From the NCBI GenBank assembly GCA_037379345.1, contig CM074518.1, positions 48,821,586 to 48,885,585 of the forward strand: 64,000 bases of DNA, in the 5' to 3' direction. Positions 12,431-26,770 of the stretch are shown here, piece after piece (positions within the stretch are counted from its first letter, which is position 1; each line of letters starts with the position of its first letter). The translations under genes and the position numbers were made by a program. The notes under the pieces are model-generated. The model saw nothing but the letters and a program-made list of their open reading frames with translations. It had not been told where the DNA came from and did no database searches. The stretch comes from Perna viridis (taxonomy: Eukaryota).

Positions 12431-15400
12431 TGTTGGGGTCTAGCTAGCTCTATCCATAGAATAATTTACTGACAGATTCATTTATAATACAATGTAACTG
12501 TTTTGGCACTGTATACTAGTAGTACTACATGTACTTACATGTGAATTTTCAAATATAATTAAAATTAGTCACTACATGTAGGATCTAACAAGACTCTGTT
12601 CTGATGACTTGTTCAGATGACCTTTTGAATAGCCAATCAGATTTCAGTTTTCATGATTTTGGAAGCATTTTAATCAAATAAAAAAAACCAAGGGTTTTGA
12701 TAAAGTCATCAGATCAGAAAGTAGAGTGGATGTATGTTAGATTCTGGATGGAACAATTGACAGCACTTATTTTAATTAGATTGATAAATTATCTGCCAGG
12801 AGATTAGAAATACTTGTACCTGTCTATTGAAAATTTCAAAATTCTGTTTATGTGAAATTTTATTGATAGTTTGTTTTACCATCTTTTTGGGTGAAAACTG
12901 ACATTACACAGCTTTTCTTTCAATTCATTTTTAATTCTGAAACTCAGTATAACTAAATTGCTACACTCAGTCACTGCATTAAGGCAATCTATTTAAAATT
13001 CTTCACTGTAAATTTACATGCAAACCATACATGTATCCCAGGACATGTGTAAGGATAGGCATGATGCTAAAGCAGGTTCAGTTTGTTTCAACACTCAAAA
13101 GAGAGTTTGTTTCAATATACCACTGCTTGAAAAGCCAGAGGTATACAGTGATCGTGCTGTCTATACTGTTATCTGTGCATCTGTTTATCTGTTCTTAGTT
13201 CTTATCACCAAATCTTATAAAATTGCTGAATAGAGTTTGATAAAACTTTCAGATATTCTTTATCTTATTATACCATTCAGTACCTATTAGTTTTTTTTAT
13301 CTGAACTACATTTCGGGTTTCCTGTATGGTTTCAAGGGAGAGGAGCAGGGGTATCACCAAGTGAGTTTCGTGAACTTTTTCTAGTTTATACTTGTAGTAT
13401 AACTTTTTTCTGAAAACACTATCATTGATAAACTGTATCCATTAGTTAGTATTTATCTACATGATGACTTTTGAAAGGAGTGGATAAACTTATGAACAAA
13501 AACGAGCCGGTCTTATTCAACATAATCATCCAAATATAGTTAACATTTTATTGTAAAAATAAAAATAACTGGGCTGAATCTGTGACCTAACAATACATGA
13601 TCCTCTGTATTACTTTTTATATGACCTGATTACTCTTTATAATGCCTTATGAATAGGTGTCATAATTGTTAGTTTTGCCATGGAAATTTGTTATAATTTT
13701 ATACAATGAATTTAGATTTTATATTTGTGTCTGGATCTGTGTTTAAATGTGATAGATGTGTATGGCTATAGATAAAGTGCTATCTTAACTTCGTTTTCTG
13801 TGTCTCTACATAACTTTGCCAACATCATGTAATGGGCTAAAATAAGTTAAAACCTGGTTTAACCAATCTTTCATTTTGAAATACCTGTACTAAGTGAGTA
13901 CAATTGCAGTGGTTTCGAACTTTCCGCTTTTCACCCTGATATTGCCATTTGTTATACAAAACGTCTTTTTTGCTATTCCTTTTTTACTATTGTCTAGATT
14001 TTATCTGTTCGGTAATTTAATTATTACCCTTCATAAAATATAATTTTCTATCAACGAAAATATTTCTATGGTTTATAATTAAGCATAGGTATAGTTCCGT
14101 AGCTTTTACATATAGGTGTACATTGTGTATGTTGCAATTATACATAGGTAAAAATACGTTTTTTACGTGCTTTGAAAACACATGAAAAATGCATGTTTTG
14201 TCATGTGTTTAGGACGACAATAAAAAAAACCGCATAAAATCACGTTTCTTTCTAACAAATTAATTCATGGAAAATGAGTATAAAAAATCATATGGTTTCT
14301 ACTTGATTTCATAGTTCTATAACAATAGCATTGTTTCCGTATGATTTTCGGAAAACCGTGATATCATAACATGTATGTTAAAATGCACAAAAATATATAT
14401 TTATTATACCAGTCCTAAACATACGTTTCCATATGTTTTAAACATTTGAATTCATTTGTTGCAATTTTGCCTGTGTATTACATCTAAAGTTCAAGCTTCA
14501 TTTAAAAAAAATAAACATGACGGTGACAGACGCAAAGTAACGGCGATTGTTCACATGGACCATCAAGACTCAAAACTTGTAGAAATAAACTGTGAATAGT
14601 CAGAGATGTTTACTCGTTATATAAATCAATCTAGACTTAAGTTAGAGAATCACACATATCAAGGAAGTCCTGATACAACAAATGTGTCTTTCTTATTTTG
14701 CTGAATGGCTTTGTTTAATTTTTTATACGTTATTGTATACAACATTCATTTGCTTCATATTTTTTTATATTTATTTCCAGTTCAGCATTTGTTGTCAGTT
14801 AAAACACATTGATCTGTATACGACACCAACAGGAAAACATTCTCACGTTTTGCATTAAATCTGAGCCTCATCCGTTTATTGATTTCATTTAAAGTCAATA
14901 CACTATTACATGTGTTGTCGATATTCACTTCAAAGTTATGTGATATATCTCTGTATACAAATGTTGTTCTGTCGATATTGATTAATGATAAATGTTCTTT
15001 GTTGTGTATGTCTGTTTTCCATGTCTGGTCTTTGTCCCTGGAATACATTTTTTGATTTCCTTTATTTTTCCCGCTAGAATCTTGGTTCTCTTCATTACTC
15101 TCTTTAACTTGACTCAAGGTGGGTGAAGTGAAAGAGGAATAACAGCATTTACAAGTCGAAAAATAGAATAATGTTTTAAGATATGTTTTATTCCTAAAAA
15201 AAACTTAACAAATTCAAAAGTGATAACAAATAAACAGATAGGTTGAAACGCAACATAATCTTTATAAAAAATAGATAATACTAACAGAGATCACCAAAAC
15301 GTCTTCATTGAGTGTGAACACACCTTCAAGTAAGCTCTGAAAGGCCACCATAACAAAAGTAATAAAATCCACGGTATCGACACGAAGTCACATTAATGAC

Positions 15401-15890
15401 CAACAGTATCAAACGGTGATCAAACACTTTTTGACATACATGTAATGGCGATATCATTCATTTATAACCAAGTATCATGCTGCAAGCGCAGCAGAAAACA
15501 TGGAAATAGTGGACAAACATCCGAAATCGACAAAATTGGATAAAGGCAACGAAAAACCGCCATAAAACATGCGTGATTAATGAATAATTTGTTGACAATT
15601 TTGAATTTGATCGGTAAAAATATCCAAAATATTCTGCCAGCGTAGACAATATGCACAAGCGTTGTAAGTAAATTGAGATGTTCTCGTCTCTATTGTAAAG
15701 ATATCCAAGAAACTTATTTTATAGTCCTGGTCTATATCAAACCATGAACACAAGGGCAGTTTAATATATAAACAGAAAAGCGTTAACCTTCAAAAGCACC
15801 TAGCTTATTTTCTATTATTTATGGTGAGTGCGAATGACGTACGCTTTGAAACGGTTATTTTGAATTTCTTTTGTTTTCAGTAAGTTAAAG

Positions 15891-16093
15891 TGAAACTAGA
15901 TGAAGGTTGCTAATTAGTGTGACTGAAACTCGATGAAGGTTGCTAATTAGTGTGACTGAAACTCGATGAAGGTTGCTAATTAGTGTGACTGAAACTCGAT
16001 GAAGGTTGCTAATTAGTGTGACTGAAACTCGATGAAGGTTGCTAATTAGTGTGACTGAAACTCGATGAAGGTTGCTAATTAGTGTGACTGAAA
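15891..16093. repeat. 33-bp minisatellite (GTGACTGAAACTCGATGAAGGTTGCTAATTAGT), about 6 copies
   Basis: Near-perfect tandem units; accounts for ORF 15885..16154. Confidence 0.95.
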
Positions 16094-17029
16094 CGGTAGA
16101 GAAGCACTTTCGTGAGCGAAATAGAGAATTTTTATTGTTCAAAATTAAGGTCAAAAATACAATTTATACTTGTGCATGGCGATTTCTATTACTGATCAAC
16201 AAAGTATCATGATATGAATAAAGTAAAAAAATCGAAAATGGTAGAAAATATCCGAAATAGACAAATTAGAACATCACCATAAAACGTGGCACTTTTTAAC
16301 TATAAATTTGAAAAGGCATGAATTTTATCTTGAAGTTGATACAACAATTAAAGTACTTAAATAACATCGTGCAAAACAGAAATGTGCCTCTGTACATAAT
16401 GTATAATGTCGACGTCCTTATACGATGGTTGTCTGATTTAAGCCGGTAATAGTAACAGCAATACACGAGTCACAGAGACAGTTTACATGTATCACTTCAA
16501 CTAAATATCATGCAAACAAAGCAAACAATGCGGAAATATCCGAAACTGGCAAATTAGATAATAAAAAATCACCATCAAACGCGTGGCATATTATAAATAG
16601 ACATTTGAAAACATTAAGATTTGATCTTGAACTCGAGACAACATTCAGTGATAAATTAATATTCATTTAAAAGAAGTTGTATATGTAAAATCAACAAGCA
16701 TTGTAGACATCGGATTGAACCGTCCATGTGCATCTACACATGGTGCCTAATCTTTAGTATATTTTTATAGAAATTTGTATCTCGGTAAAGAAGATGTTGT
16801 ACTTACAATGATGCGTTAACAGACAGACGCGTGGGCAGAAGATGATTCAAATATAACTCCAGATATTCTTTTGCAGTGGATATGAATTATAGATTATTTA
16901 TTATCATCTGTCGATTTTCAGACGGAACTAGACTCACAATAGCGACTGTGAAACTAATGACTATCGGTTGAAAGTAAACCGATTTATTAACCTTATGAAA
17001 CTTGTTGACCCTTGTGTGACTTGTGTCAG

Positions 17030-17240
17030 GGACATACATTATCGTTGCTAGAATATTACCGTTTTATACTCGCTTGTAATAGTACAGGTGCCGCTGGCGG
17101 AGCAGGACATGCTTACCATTCCGCAGCATCTGATGACATTTTGGGTTTTTTTTTATTTGTGGGAGTTCATATTCAATTTGGTAATTCTTTAGTTTTTGTG
17201 ACGTCTTGTGACAAAGTTTGTCTTTGTGTTTTGTTTGGTT
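17030..17240 (+). mobile_element. Dispersed repeat of the same family as 7647-7960
   Basis: Shares gttgctaga..ctcgcttg..aggtgcc..ggacatgcttacc. Confidence 0.6.
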
Positions 17241-18622
17241 TTTTTTTTTACATACTTTAATTATTCCACTGCTGGCGTTTCGTACCTTTTGCTGATATTC
17301 AATATACACACACTGCACAATTTCTTGCCGAATTCGGTGTCATTCGCATTTCCACAAAAAAAATCAGTAGAATTAAATACATGTTTTGGAGTAATTTGTA
17401 CTGCCTTAAAAAAATACGTTTCCTTAAGTTTTATTCTACAGCCCAAAAACAACGTAGAAATAGAGAAGCAAATATATTTTTCAAGAATAACTATGGGTTC
17501 TATTAAATATCTGGAAAATTGAATCGATATCACATGTAAAAGAACAAAAAAAAAAACTTAATTGTTCTTTAGGTGACTTAAAGCTGTTAAACCATCAATA
17601 AAGATATCTATTTTAATTTCTGCAATCGATGTCATTAAGGGAAAAACGAAATCTGGAAAGATTTCACAAGTTAAATATTTATATAAATGTAGATTACACT
17701 TTTTGGCTTAATAAAATCCATCCTGCCAAAAGCAATTGAAGAGAACTTTGCCCTAGAAATGATCTTAAACAATAACAAATTACAGGGACATTTTTTAAAG
17801 TCAATACTTTCTTTTAAATTTCTGGATATTCGTTCCAAAATCGGTTAAATGTAGAAAAATTATTGTTTCCGACCGCCTTTTCATTTTCAATCGATATCTT
17901 GTTTGATTTACATCATTGTTTCTAATCCTGAAATACACTGTTTAGGAACCGATTAGTTTACTATACAGGGTTGTGTCGTGTTAAGATTTTTGCGTCCGAG
18001 TTGGGAGTCTAAAAATATTGTCAAAACGATAGTACGGTAGCAGCCAAAAAACGATGAATTGGCTAAGTGCTGCCATGCAACAGTAAAAAAAACAATTATT
18101 TTTGCTTAAATCAAGGTCATAAACATGTATTTTCTAGAGACAATCAGTCTTTCTGATTTCTATACCGCTTGGTCACTATGTATCAATCGCCCTCTGCTTT
18201 ACAGAATATTGTTGAGAACACTGTATTTTTATACAACACAACACAAATTTCGTTCACCGTTTAATATCCATCGTCAAAAAAAACATCTTAACAGATTTAC
18301 AGATGGTATATATACTAAAACAAAGCTCCAACAAATCTGTTACACGAGCATCCTTTGTAATTATACAAAGAAAGGAGAAAACGGAGTAAATATTACTTTA
18401 CAAATATCAATTTAGTATTAAAAAAATAACGAAGAAAAAACGGAGACAAATTACAATACAAAAAACAATGAACTGTTCTCATTCAAAGTTCATAATTCAA
18501 AGGACTGTCTTTAAATAGCATTCGCCGTTCCCGACAAATATGGAAAAAAAGTCACAAGACACGAGTGTTTATTACGAATCCGCGAAGCTACACGAATTCC
18601 CGTTGTAAATCTACTTTGCATA

Positions 18623-20867
18623 TAGTACGTGGGCTGAGATAACCCCCCATGCACTCCCACTTGCAACCAAAATATGATTTTCATGTACCCTTATACCTCC
18701 CATTTACGAATCTTGTTTGTCGCAAAAAAAAATAAACTGAAGCATTTTTTTTGTATTTTTTGGCTACTTTTTATACCTCGTTGAGGAAAAAATCTATTTC
18801 TAAAGTTTTTTTATTCTACAAACTTCTACTTTCTACAGAACGAAGTAAACTGACATATGTATGTGTCATCATGTAGCCCAATGTCTCAGCTTTACAATAG
18901 TATCAAAAAAGTTGCGGTAACACTTACGGTTTTGCGGTAAAATGAAAAAAAATGTACCTCTACCCGCCGACAAATCGCTTAAATTAACATATTTTTTCCA
19001 TGTCAATACCCCAATAGTATTTATGTTTCAGTAAAAAATGGCTTATTTGGTATTTTCTGTTTAGTATTATCACAATTTATACTTCTGGGGTTCTTTTGAT
19101 GAAATTTGGCGATTTTTCGGTCAAAAGTCACATAAATTCGACTCTACAAGTTATTGCTCCCCTAAAACGTCTCAAATTTGGCATCATTCGATAGATAATT
19201 CAATTCTCTACATAAATGAATCTTGAAAACTATATTTCAAGAAACATGTAAAAATATTACCCCTACCCCTAGAAAACTGGTCTCAGTATCAAAAAGAATT
19301 CTCATTCACAGCGTACCGACACCGTAAAACTCATGTTTGAGGTATTCATAATTATGATAATGATGTTCCCAATATTTCTGATCAATTAAGACGCTTAGAT
19401 TTTCTTTTTGGGGTAATAATAACTATACTAGTACTATAAGATCGGAAAAAAGGGAATTTTCAGAAATTTAGAATTTCTTACTATATCACCCGTTATTTCC
19501 CTTTCTCAGAATACCGTAGTTCAATCAAGCTTTTGTGTGATACAGTACAGTAAAGTCTTAGCTTAAAACTTAGCCCAAGTAATAAATATTTGAACTTTTC
19601 CCAGTAAAGTTAGGTGAAAAATTGCCACCCCTACCCATGAAAAAAATGCCTCAACATGAACCTAGATGTTAATAATTTATATATAAACGGTATACAATAG
19701 ACATGTTTGGTACTGTTGTTTTAATTATTGATGTATTCACATATCCTCAATTTCACCTGCCAATTATAGGTGAAATTGAAGAAAATGAAATTTCGAAAAT
19801 TCCCCTTTTATGAAAAACTCATTATTGTCACATTAAAACAGAAAAAAATACACGCATGAAATGATAAGATATGTTGAATACATCGATAATTAAAAAACAC
19901 ACAAAAGCTTGTTTATACTACGGTATTCTGAAAAAAAAAAAGACAATATCGGGTGATATAGTAGGAAATTCGAAAATTCGAAAATTCCAATATTTTCCGA
20001 TCTTATAGTAATGTCACCCCAAAGGAAAAAATCTAATCGCCTGAATTGATCAAATAATGTTAGGTACATCATTATCTTAATTATGAATGCCTAAAGTATG
20101 AGTTCTACATAGTCAGTATGCTGTGAATGAGAATTCTGTGTGATACTGAGACCAGTTTTTTAGAGGTAGGGGTAATAATTTTAACATTTTTTTTTTAATC
20201 CTGTCTTGTTTTCCATGGTTAATTTATGTAGAAAATTAAATTATCTATCGAATGATGACAAATTTGAGATGTTTTAAGTAAAAAATAACTTGTAGAGTCG
20301 AATTTATGTAACTTTTGACCGAAAAATCGAAAATCCAAATTTTCGCTTTTTTTTTGATAAATTCTGACTACGAAAATCGCCAAAATTCATGAAAAGAACC
20401 CCAGAAGTATTATATAAGTGTGATAATATTAAATAGAAAAAGCCGAATAAGCCATTTTTACTGAAGCATAAATACTCTAGGTGTTTGGACATGGAAAAAT
20501 ATGTCAATTCAAGCGATTTTTCGGCGGGGTAGGGGTTCGCTTTTACCGCAAAACCCTTTGGTGTTACCACATTTTTCTTAAAGCCATTGTAAATCTGAGA
20601 CATTTGGCTATACGATGATACCTAAATTTGTTTAGTTTGTTCACACATGCTATCCCAAGAAGGCTAAGACTCTCAAACAATTGAGTCACAAAAATCTTGG
20701 CTTTTTGACCCAGTGGGGTACAAATATAGGCTTATACTAAAAAAGAGTCCAAAATATTCTTTGGCGACAAATCGATTCGGTAATGGAAGGTATAAAGGTA
20801 CCTAAAAATCACCATGAAGTTGATGAGTCTAGGGGGTGCACTGTGGACCTTCCCAGCCCATGGACTA
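18623..20867. mobile_element. Non-autonomous fold-back DNA transposon with very long inverted arms, TAG...CTA termini and a 3-bp TSD (ATA); Academ-like
   Basis: TAGTACGTGGGCTG pairs with CAGCCCATGGACTA; ATA on both flanks; internal inverted matches such as 19296 with 20112 and 18871 with 20584. The superfamily call is an inference. Confidence 0.75.
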
Positions 20868-21174
20868 ATAATGAGGTGGGGGTTACGAACTGAGTGTTGC
20901 AGGTGCGGAAAAGTTTTTAAAATGGCGAATAAACCCTCTGCCAAGGAGATTGTTCCGATTCACTTATTTTGAAAAATCAATTTAAATAAAGAAAATCGAG
21001 ACTGAATTCGAGTAGGAAACACATAAATCCGTACAGCTAAATACATGTGCATAAAAGTTAAAAACATGACAAATGAAAATGACCAAAACACTAGAGGTAA
21101 AAATATAAGTCTATTAGACTTTACCCACGTGGCGCATACTCATCAATTGATGTAAGATGAAAATTAGTATTTTT

Positions 21175-21679
21175 GCCCCGTGCAGGTCCGGGTGTTAAAA
21201 GAATAAGCTTCTCGTAAAAGGCGACTAAATAGTGCTCAGAACCCTAGCCGGGGGCTAGGGCGCTCTGCCCACAAAGCAACTGGGATGTGTGCCCAGGTGG
21301 TGGAATGGGGTACCCCTGGCGTGTTACATGCTGGGGTTGTCAGGCTATAATACGGAAAACTTAACCGCAAACCATAGTGATGAACAGTGTTGGGAAAGAT
21401 GCCACGTTCCTTGCACGTTAAAGAACCCTACTGTGATATTCTCCCGGAGTAGGAACCATAGGGCTCCGCCACAGGAGGCTAAATTGCCCGACCCTACCCA
21501 CCTCTCCCTATTTCGTGTGGCAATCAAAATTTGTCGACCCCGTTGTCCTTGTGTCCCGTCCCTTTTTCATTTCATCATCATTTCATGTTCATTTTATCAT
21601 CAATTTCATGTTCATCGTCTGAATATGGCTGAAATATTGCTGCTCGGACGTTAAACCCCAACAAACAAACAAACAAACA
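21175..21679 (+). mobile_element. SINE-like element with a Meta-type central motif (GCACGTTAAAGAACCC), a GGACGTTAAACCCCAA(CAAA)n tail and a non-tRNA structured head
   Basis: GC-rich island in AT-rich DNA; microsatellite tail at 21659-21679; central motif at 21413-21428. Confidence 0.7.
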
Positions 21680-22944
21680 TTAAAAATGCCTTTGCATATG
21701 TGCACTTAACAAGGTTATATAAACATAAAGAAATACGATTTGTGTTTAGTTCAACCAAGAAGTTTCATTTATTTATTTTTCGATTGAGAAAAATTCTCAT
21801 TTATTAAAGGGACAATAAATTTGGCGGCAACTTTAGTTTTAATTCGTCTAAAAATAAGAATGAAATCAAATGTTAGTGAAAATGTACGTGCAAACCATTT
21901 AATGCTTAATCATTCAAACGTGAACGAATTCTTGTTAACTTTGGTTCAGCGCGCATTTAGCACCTGGGTGCATATTTTGAGTTTGATGACACAATGACGG
22001 ACCCAGGATTGGAGAGTGGCGTGGGATGGAGCCCCCTTTTTGTTGAAAACTATATCGTAAAAATGTTGGCAAAAATAGCAAAAAATAACCTTGATTAGTT
22101 TTGCATTTTGTATTATATGGTCAAATTCCACCATTACCAAACTGAAATCCTGTTGTAAGTCAAAAGGAGGTTTACGCCTGTAAGAGGGTTTAATTAAGGT
22201 CAAATTATAAAGTCATATAGCAAAATACAAGTACAAGTAAGGCGATTATTCAGATAATCGCACGAAGTCGGAAGTTACGATTATTTATTTATCGGTAGTA
22301 AATTGCTAATCGACCAAAAGTTTCTTCTGTACTACCGGTAATTCAAATGTTTACTCTCTCTATGACAGCGTAAGGTATTACATGTACAAGAGACAGATGA
22401 CAATAATACATTGTACTTGAAACTGACGATGTACAAGTGACGAAATAGAGTTCATAGAATACCTTTGTTCAAATATAGGCTCAATTCATCCTCAATTTTC
22501 CATCTGACGTCAGACTAACTTGTGCACTAAGAAAATGCAGAGAATGGCTTCACTTAGGTAACTTTTTGTGTTCTACAGCTTGAAAAAGTGCACAGCGTAA
22601 GCCTGATCTGTTTTTCGTTTTTCATTTCATTTCACCTATAATCAATGCATCTTTTTCGAATTTAGGTTGTGCTATGGCGTTCAAAACATTGTCTAAATGC
22701 AACATATCATAAAAGATTTCGTAACACAGGTATAAATATATATATTTTCCTGAGGTAGACATACCAAAATGTGAACAATTGAACTCTTTTTTACAGATAG
22801 TAAATTGTCTTTATGGGTTGCATAGACAGTATTGAATATTACACAGATTTTGATTTATCATAGTATATCGTCCTTTGACACGCATTTCATGCATTTCAGA
22901 AAGGGGGGCTTTGATCAAGCGAACACCTGTTTTGCAGCAGACTG

Positions 22945-23060
22945 ACAGTCAGAGTAGGATTTTTATTGTGCTAGCTCAAATACAGGAACAGTCCACTAGA
23001 AAGGTGTATTTACCGGCCCCTGACACATTATTCTGACCCGCAAGCCAACAAGTTGTCACT
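22945..23060 (-). mobile_element. Decayed SINE body/3' fragment of molluscan V-SINE type
   Basis: Minus strand reads tcagaataatgtgtc...agtggactgtt...gagctagcacaataaaaatcc; family recognised from memory only. Confidence 0.45.
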
Positions 23061-24799
23061 CCATCTATATTCCTGCGGCTTTAGACATCACCAATGTTTC
23101 ATCCAGTATCACTATCCAATGACCAGTCCATTTATAAAACCATCTTTGACGTTTTAACATAGTTTAATGATTCGAATACAACATGATCTGGGGTAACCAG
23201 AAATTTTGAAAAGGGGGTCCAGACTTTGTTTGCTCATGTTTGCCACAACCTTTCAAGAAATTAGAACAAATTAAAAAAAAAAGGGAGTTCCAACCCCCGG
23301 ACCCACTCCCCTGAATCTTCCACTGATGACGATGACTTAAACAATAAAAATAACTCATTATTCTCTAATATGAAATAAATTTTACAATAATTATTTGTTT
23401 GGAACCTTTGTATTCTGATTAGAAATATATTTTACTTATAGTGTAGTTTCCTGCAGAATAAAACATTTTCTAGATTTACTCATTTTAAACAGTGAGCGAT
23501 AATCATTAAACCGCTTTACAGCTGACAATTTAAAGCCACCGATTCCGCAATCATATTTTTATGAAGTATAGATTTTCAAACAAATTAACAAATGGTTGAT
23601 TATGAGGTTCAAGGTAATGAAAAAGGCGTATGTTGAGATGTTCGGCAGGATTCTACGCTATATGTAATTACTGATACAGGGTACGGTAAGTCAGACATAC
23701 TATAATAATAATTTATTGGGGGATTTTTAAGGAAAAATTCTGACGCATCACTCAAATTTATAGACAAGGTTTAAGGAGGTTGGAATCTTGAGTTTTACAT
23801 ATTTAACATTGCATTTTGACATGTAATTAGGAGACAAATCAGGGTCGGATTCAGGCTGGGGCATGTTGAGCGTGCGCTCCACTTAAATTTGTAAAGCATG
23901 GGTTGTCAGGGGTAGATTTAGGCGGTTTTAGGTTGAAACTTTATTTTCTTGCTAATTTTACCACAAAAGATATCTACATTGCCCCACTCTAGAAGAAAAT
24001 TTAAAAATTAACATAAAAAAAAATTAAGTGTACGCCAACCCCCCCCCTTAATCTAAAATCCTGGATCCGTCTTTTTTCAGGTTATTTCTACATTACAACG
24101 TAAATAACTGCTCATTTTTAAGGCACAATACGTTTTACAATACAATGAATAACGAAACACAAAGATCATTTTAAAAGATTCGGAGGGAGAGAGCATAAAC
24201 AATACATTTCTTGATTCATTATTCGAAACATTTTTGCATCTCAACGACCCAATATTGAACTACATAACATAGCACGGGTGATTCCTCTTTGTAATTCTCT
24301 AAAAAAAGCGTATTGAAATTCATGTTCCGATTTAGTTTCAGAGATGGTAAGCCCGATCGAAGCTTGGCTCGACAGTACAATATCGCATTTTTAGGCTTTC
24401 AAAGAAACTATCAAAGTATTGACGGTCGCCTAGACGAAATGCCATTTTCTTTGTTAGTGTCATATTTTAAAGATTGAGAGGCTAATTTTACGTTCTTGCT
24501 TTGGATACTGCACATCTACATATGTGTTGAAGTTTGTAGTGCTTTTTTCATGATTTCTTTTCAAATTCTTGAGTATGAATAGTTGAAATTAAAGGGTTAA
24601 AAGAAAGAATCGGTTAAATTGCGAGTCGTTTAACAAAGAAAAATTAAAAATTGTTGCAATATGCCAAACAAAAAACAATGAACTGTACTATCGTGTACGG
24701 ACCAATTAATAGCTCAGGAGTGAAGTATATTCCGACAAGATCGAAACAACTAAACTGGACATAATTGATCATTAAATTGGTAGACAAATAAAAGTGTAT

Positions 24800-25065
24800 T
24801 ATTTCCAGATTTCCGAGAACTGCATCAAGAGACGGCTGTAGTTCTTCTAACATTTCAGCAGAGCCAGCTCTTCTGATAGTTCTTGCGGAGCTGGCTTTTA
24901 AAGAACAGTTTTCGTAGTTGGCTCCTTTGGCAATGTAGAATCGATTGTTCTGACAGTTCTAGCAAAGCTTGCTCTCGGAGAAAAGCCGGCTCTACTAGAA
25001 AAGTCAGAAGAACTAGTTCAAAAACTGTTCTATGACACCTTTGTCGTAGAATCGACTTCTAACGA
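24800..25065. mobile_element. Palindromic MITE-like remnant
   Basis: tagttcttctaacatttcagcagagccagct (about 24839) is the inverted match of agccggctctactagaaaagtcagaagaacta (about 24984). Confidence 0.5.
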
Positions 25066-26616
25066 GGCAATATAATACCTGTAATATAAATTATGTATCC
25101 ATGCAGTAGAGGCGATTAACATTGCTCTAAATCTTAAGCATAGGATTGCCTAAGAATCGTCCCAAGGAAAAAAAATGTGATAGCCGACAACATTAGGAAG
25201 GTTACATTTGGGATAAAAAAAAATACTAGTAAGAGTTGTATTGGGTTTCAAAGAGACGAAAAAGGGTATCCAATTTTCAACCCTCTTCTTACCTTGAGCG
25301 GTTCTTAAATCATTTATAGGATGCACTGTATGCGCATTCACACTTTCAAGAACGTTATAAAATATATGGACTCATTTCCCCATGCCTGAATCCTATAAGA
25401 ATATGTTCTCAAAACTACAATCGTCTTAAGTGGCGTGATATTTTCATTTAATTACTCTGTCTCTTGTTATATAATTTTCTATCTATTGAGTACAGAAAGC
25501 TAGTCCAGTGGGTATTAAATGGATTCATGCTGTTCGTCACTAAAATTCTAAAAACTTTCATCACTTTTACAGTGGAATAACGATTTTTTTTTTCAAATAT
25601 TCTGTGTAGAAATTTTCAAAATTGAGTGGATTTAGGAGTGGTCGATTTTACAAGACAAAGTATGCAACTTCTCTGTCTAAGAATCTGGCAACATAAAGTG
25701 TGGCACACGAAGAGAAAAAAACGGATTTTAAGGCATCATCCAAGTATTTACCTATCATACCCTCCAGAAATATTCATCAAAGAGTATGTGAACTTTGCCT
25801 TTTTAAGATATTGATAGGTAAAATTTATTTGGAATGCACTTAAGAGAAATGGCGGGAATATTTTGCAACAATTTTTCCCTATCATATTAAAGCAGTCAAA
25901 AATATCTATGTCACAGATACTTCAGGATAAAATTAAAATGGAGTTTCGTTTGTTTTCGAGATTGTGTTTGTATTGCATGTATTTGAGGCACACAAAAAAT
26001 ACCCAAACAATCTCCGTTCATCTTGTTCAGACAAGTTTTAGAATTAGCATAGGTCCCACTGTTTGATAAATTTTGAACCTTCCTTAAAAGTAAAAATCTA
26101 AATTATTTGAGTCAGATTTTAACTTGGACCACAAACTACGTAATGTTTTTTCCCTTAAATTAAGATATGAGCCATTTCTCGTCTCTGCTTTGGGCAGTTG
26201 CTAATTTTTAGTTTCATATCAATCTCCCACTTTTGGATATTTCCATATAACGTCGTTAAATTTCGATTGATTTTATAATAAATCTATACATTAAATTGCA
26301 ATTATTATTTATTATTTATAAGTGGCGATTAACCTCGATTTCTATCGGAAATACGCGTATAGTTAATTTCAATTAATGAAGCAGAAACCTGGAAGAGCCT
26401 CGAAAATGGGAAATTCAGCTGGTGGTGAGGGTATCAGACTTTGATTGTAAAAATACTATAAAACATTATTTACTGATTAAAGTGAATCTAGCCGGTCGGC
26501 GCTTCTACTTAAAAAGTAGCATAGTAGTTCAAACACACGAAAGGTACTGAAAGAGTGTGTTTTTATATCTATTTTTACTGTAGTAACTTATAAATTGTTT
26601 ATTGTTTGATAATTTA

Positions 26617-26770
26617 ACCGCCTCGGTGGTCTCATGGTTTCGTGCTCGATGTGTACGGTAGGTCGTTGGGTTGATCCCCTACCGAGTCACACTAAATACT
26701 TGAAAACTTGTAACTGGTAGTCACTGAATAACACGCAGTATATTCAAGGGATAGTAACGACCGGTTCAGA
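26617..26770 (+). mobile_element. Decayed tRNA-headed SINE, 5' part
   Basis: A-box-like TGGTCTCATGG and B-box-like GGTTGATCCC at tRNA-like spacing; no intact cloverleaf. Confidence 0.55.

Noticed and set aside
8548-13800. Defined PTDSS2 3' UTR end
   Set aside because: Several AATAAA hexamers (e.g. 9930, 11107) in AT-rich DNA; cannot choose without transcript data
14782-15117. 111-aa minus-strand ORF
   Set aside because: Partly the reverse strand of the PLE-tail repeat, non-ATG start, no recognisable domain
26617-26700. tRNA gene
   Set aside because: A/B-box remnants only, no cloverleaf, and it continues into a SINE body
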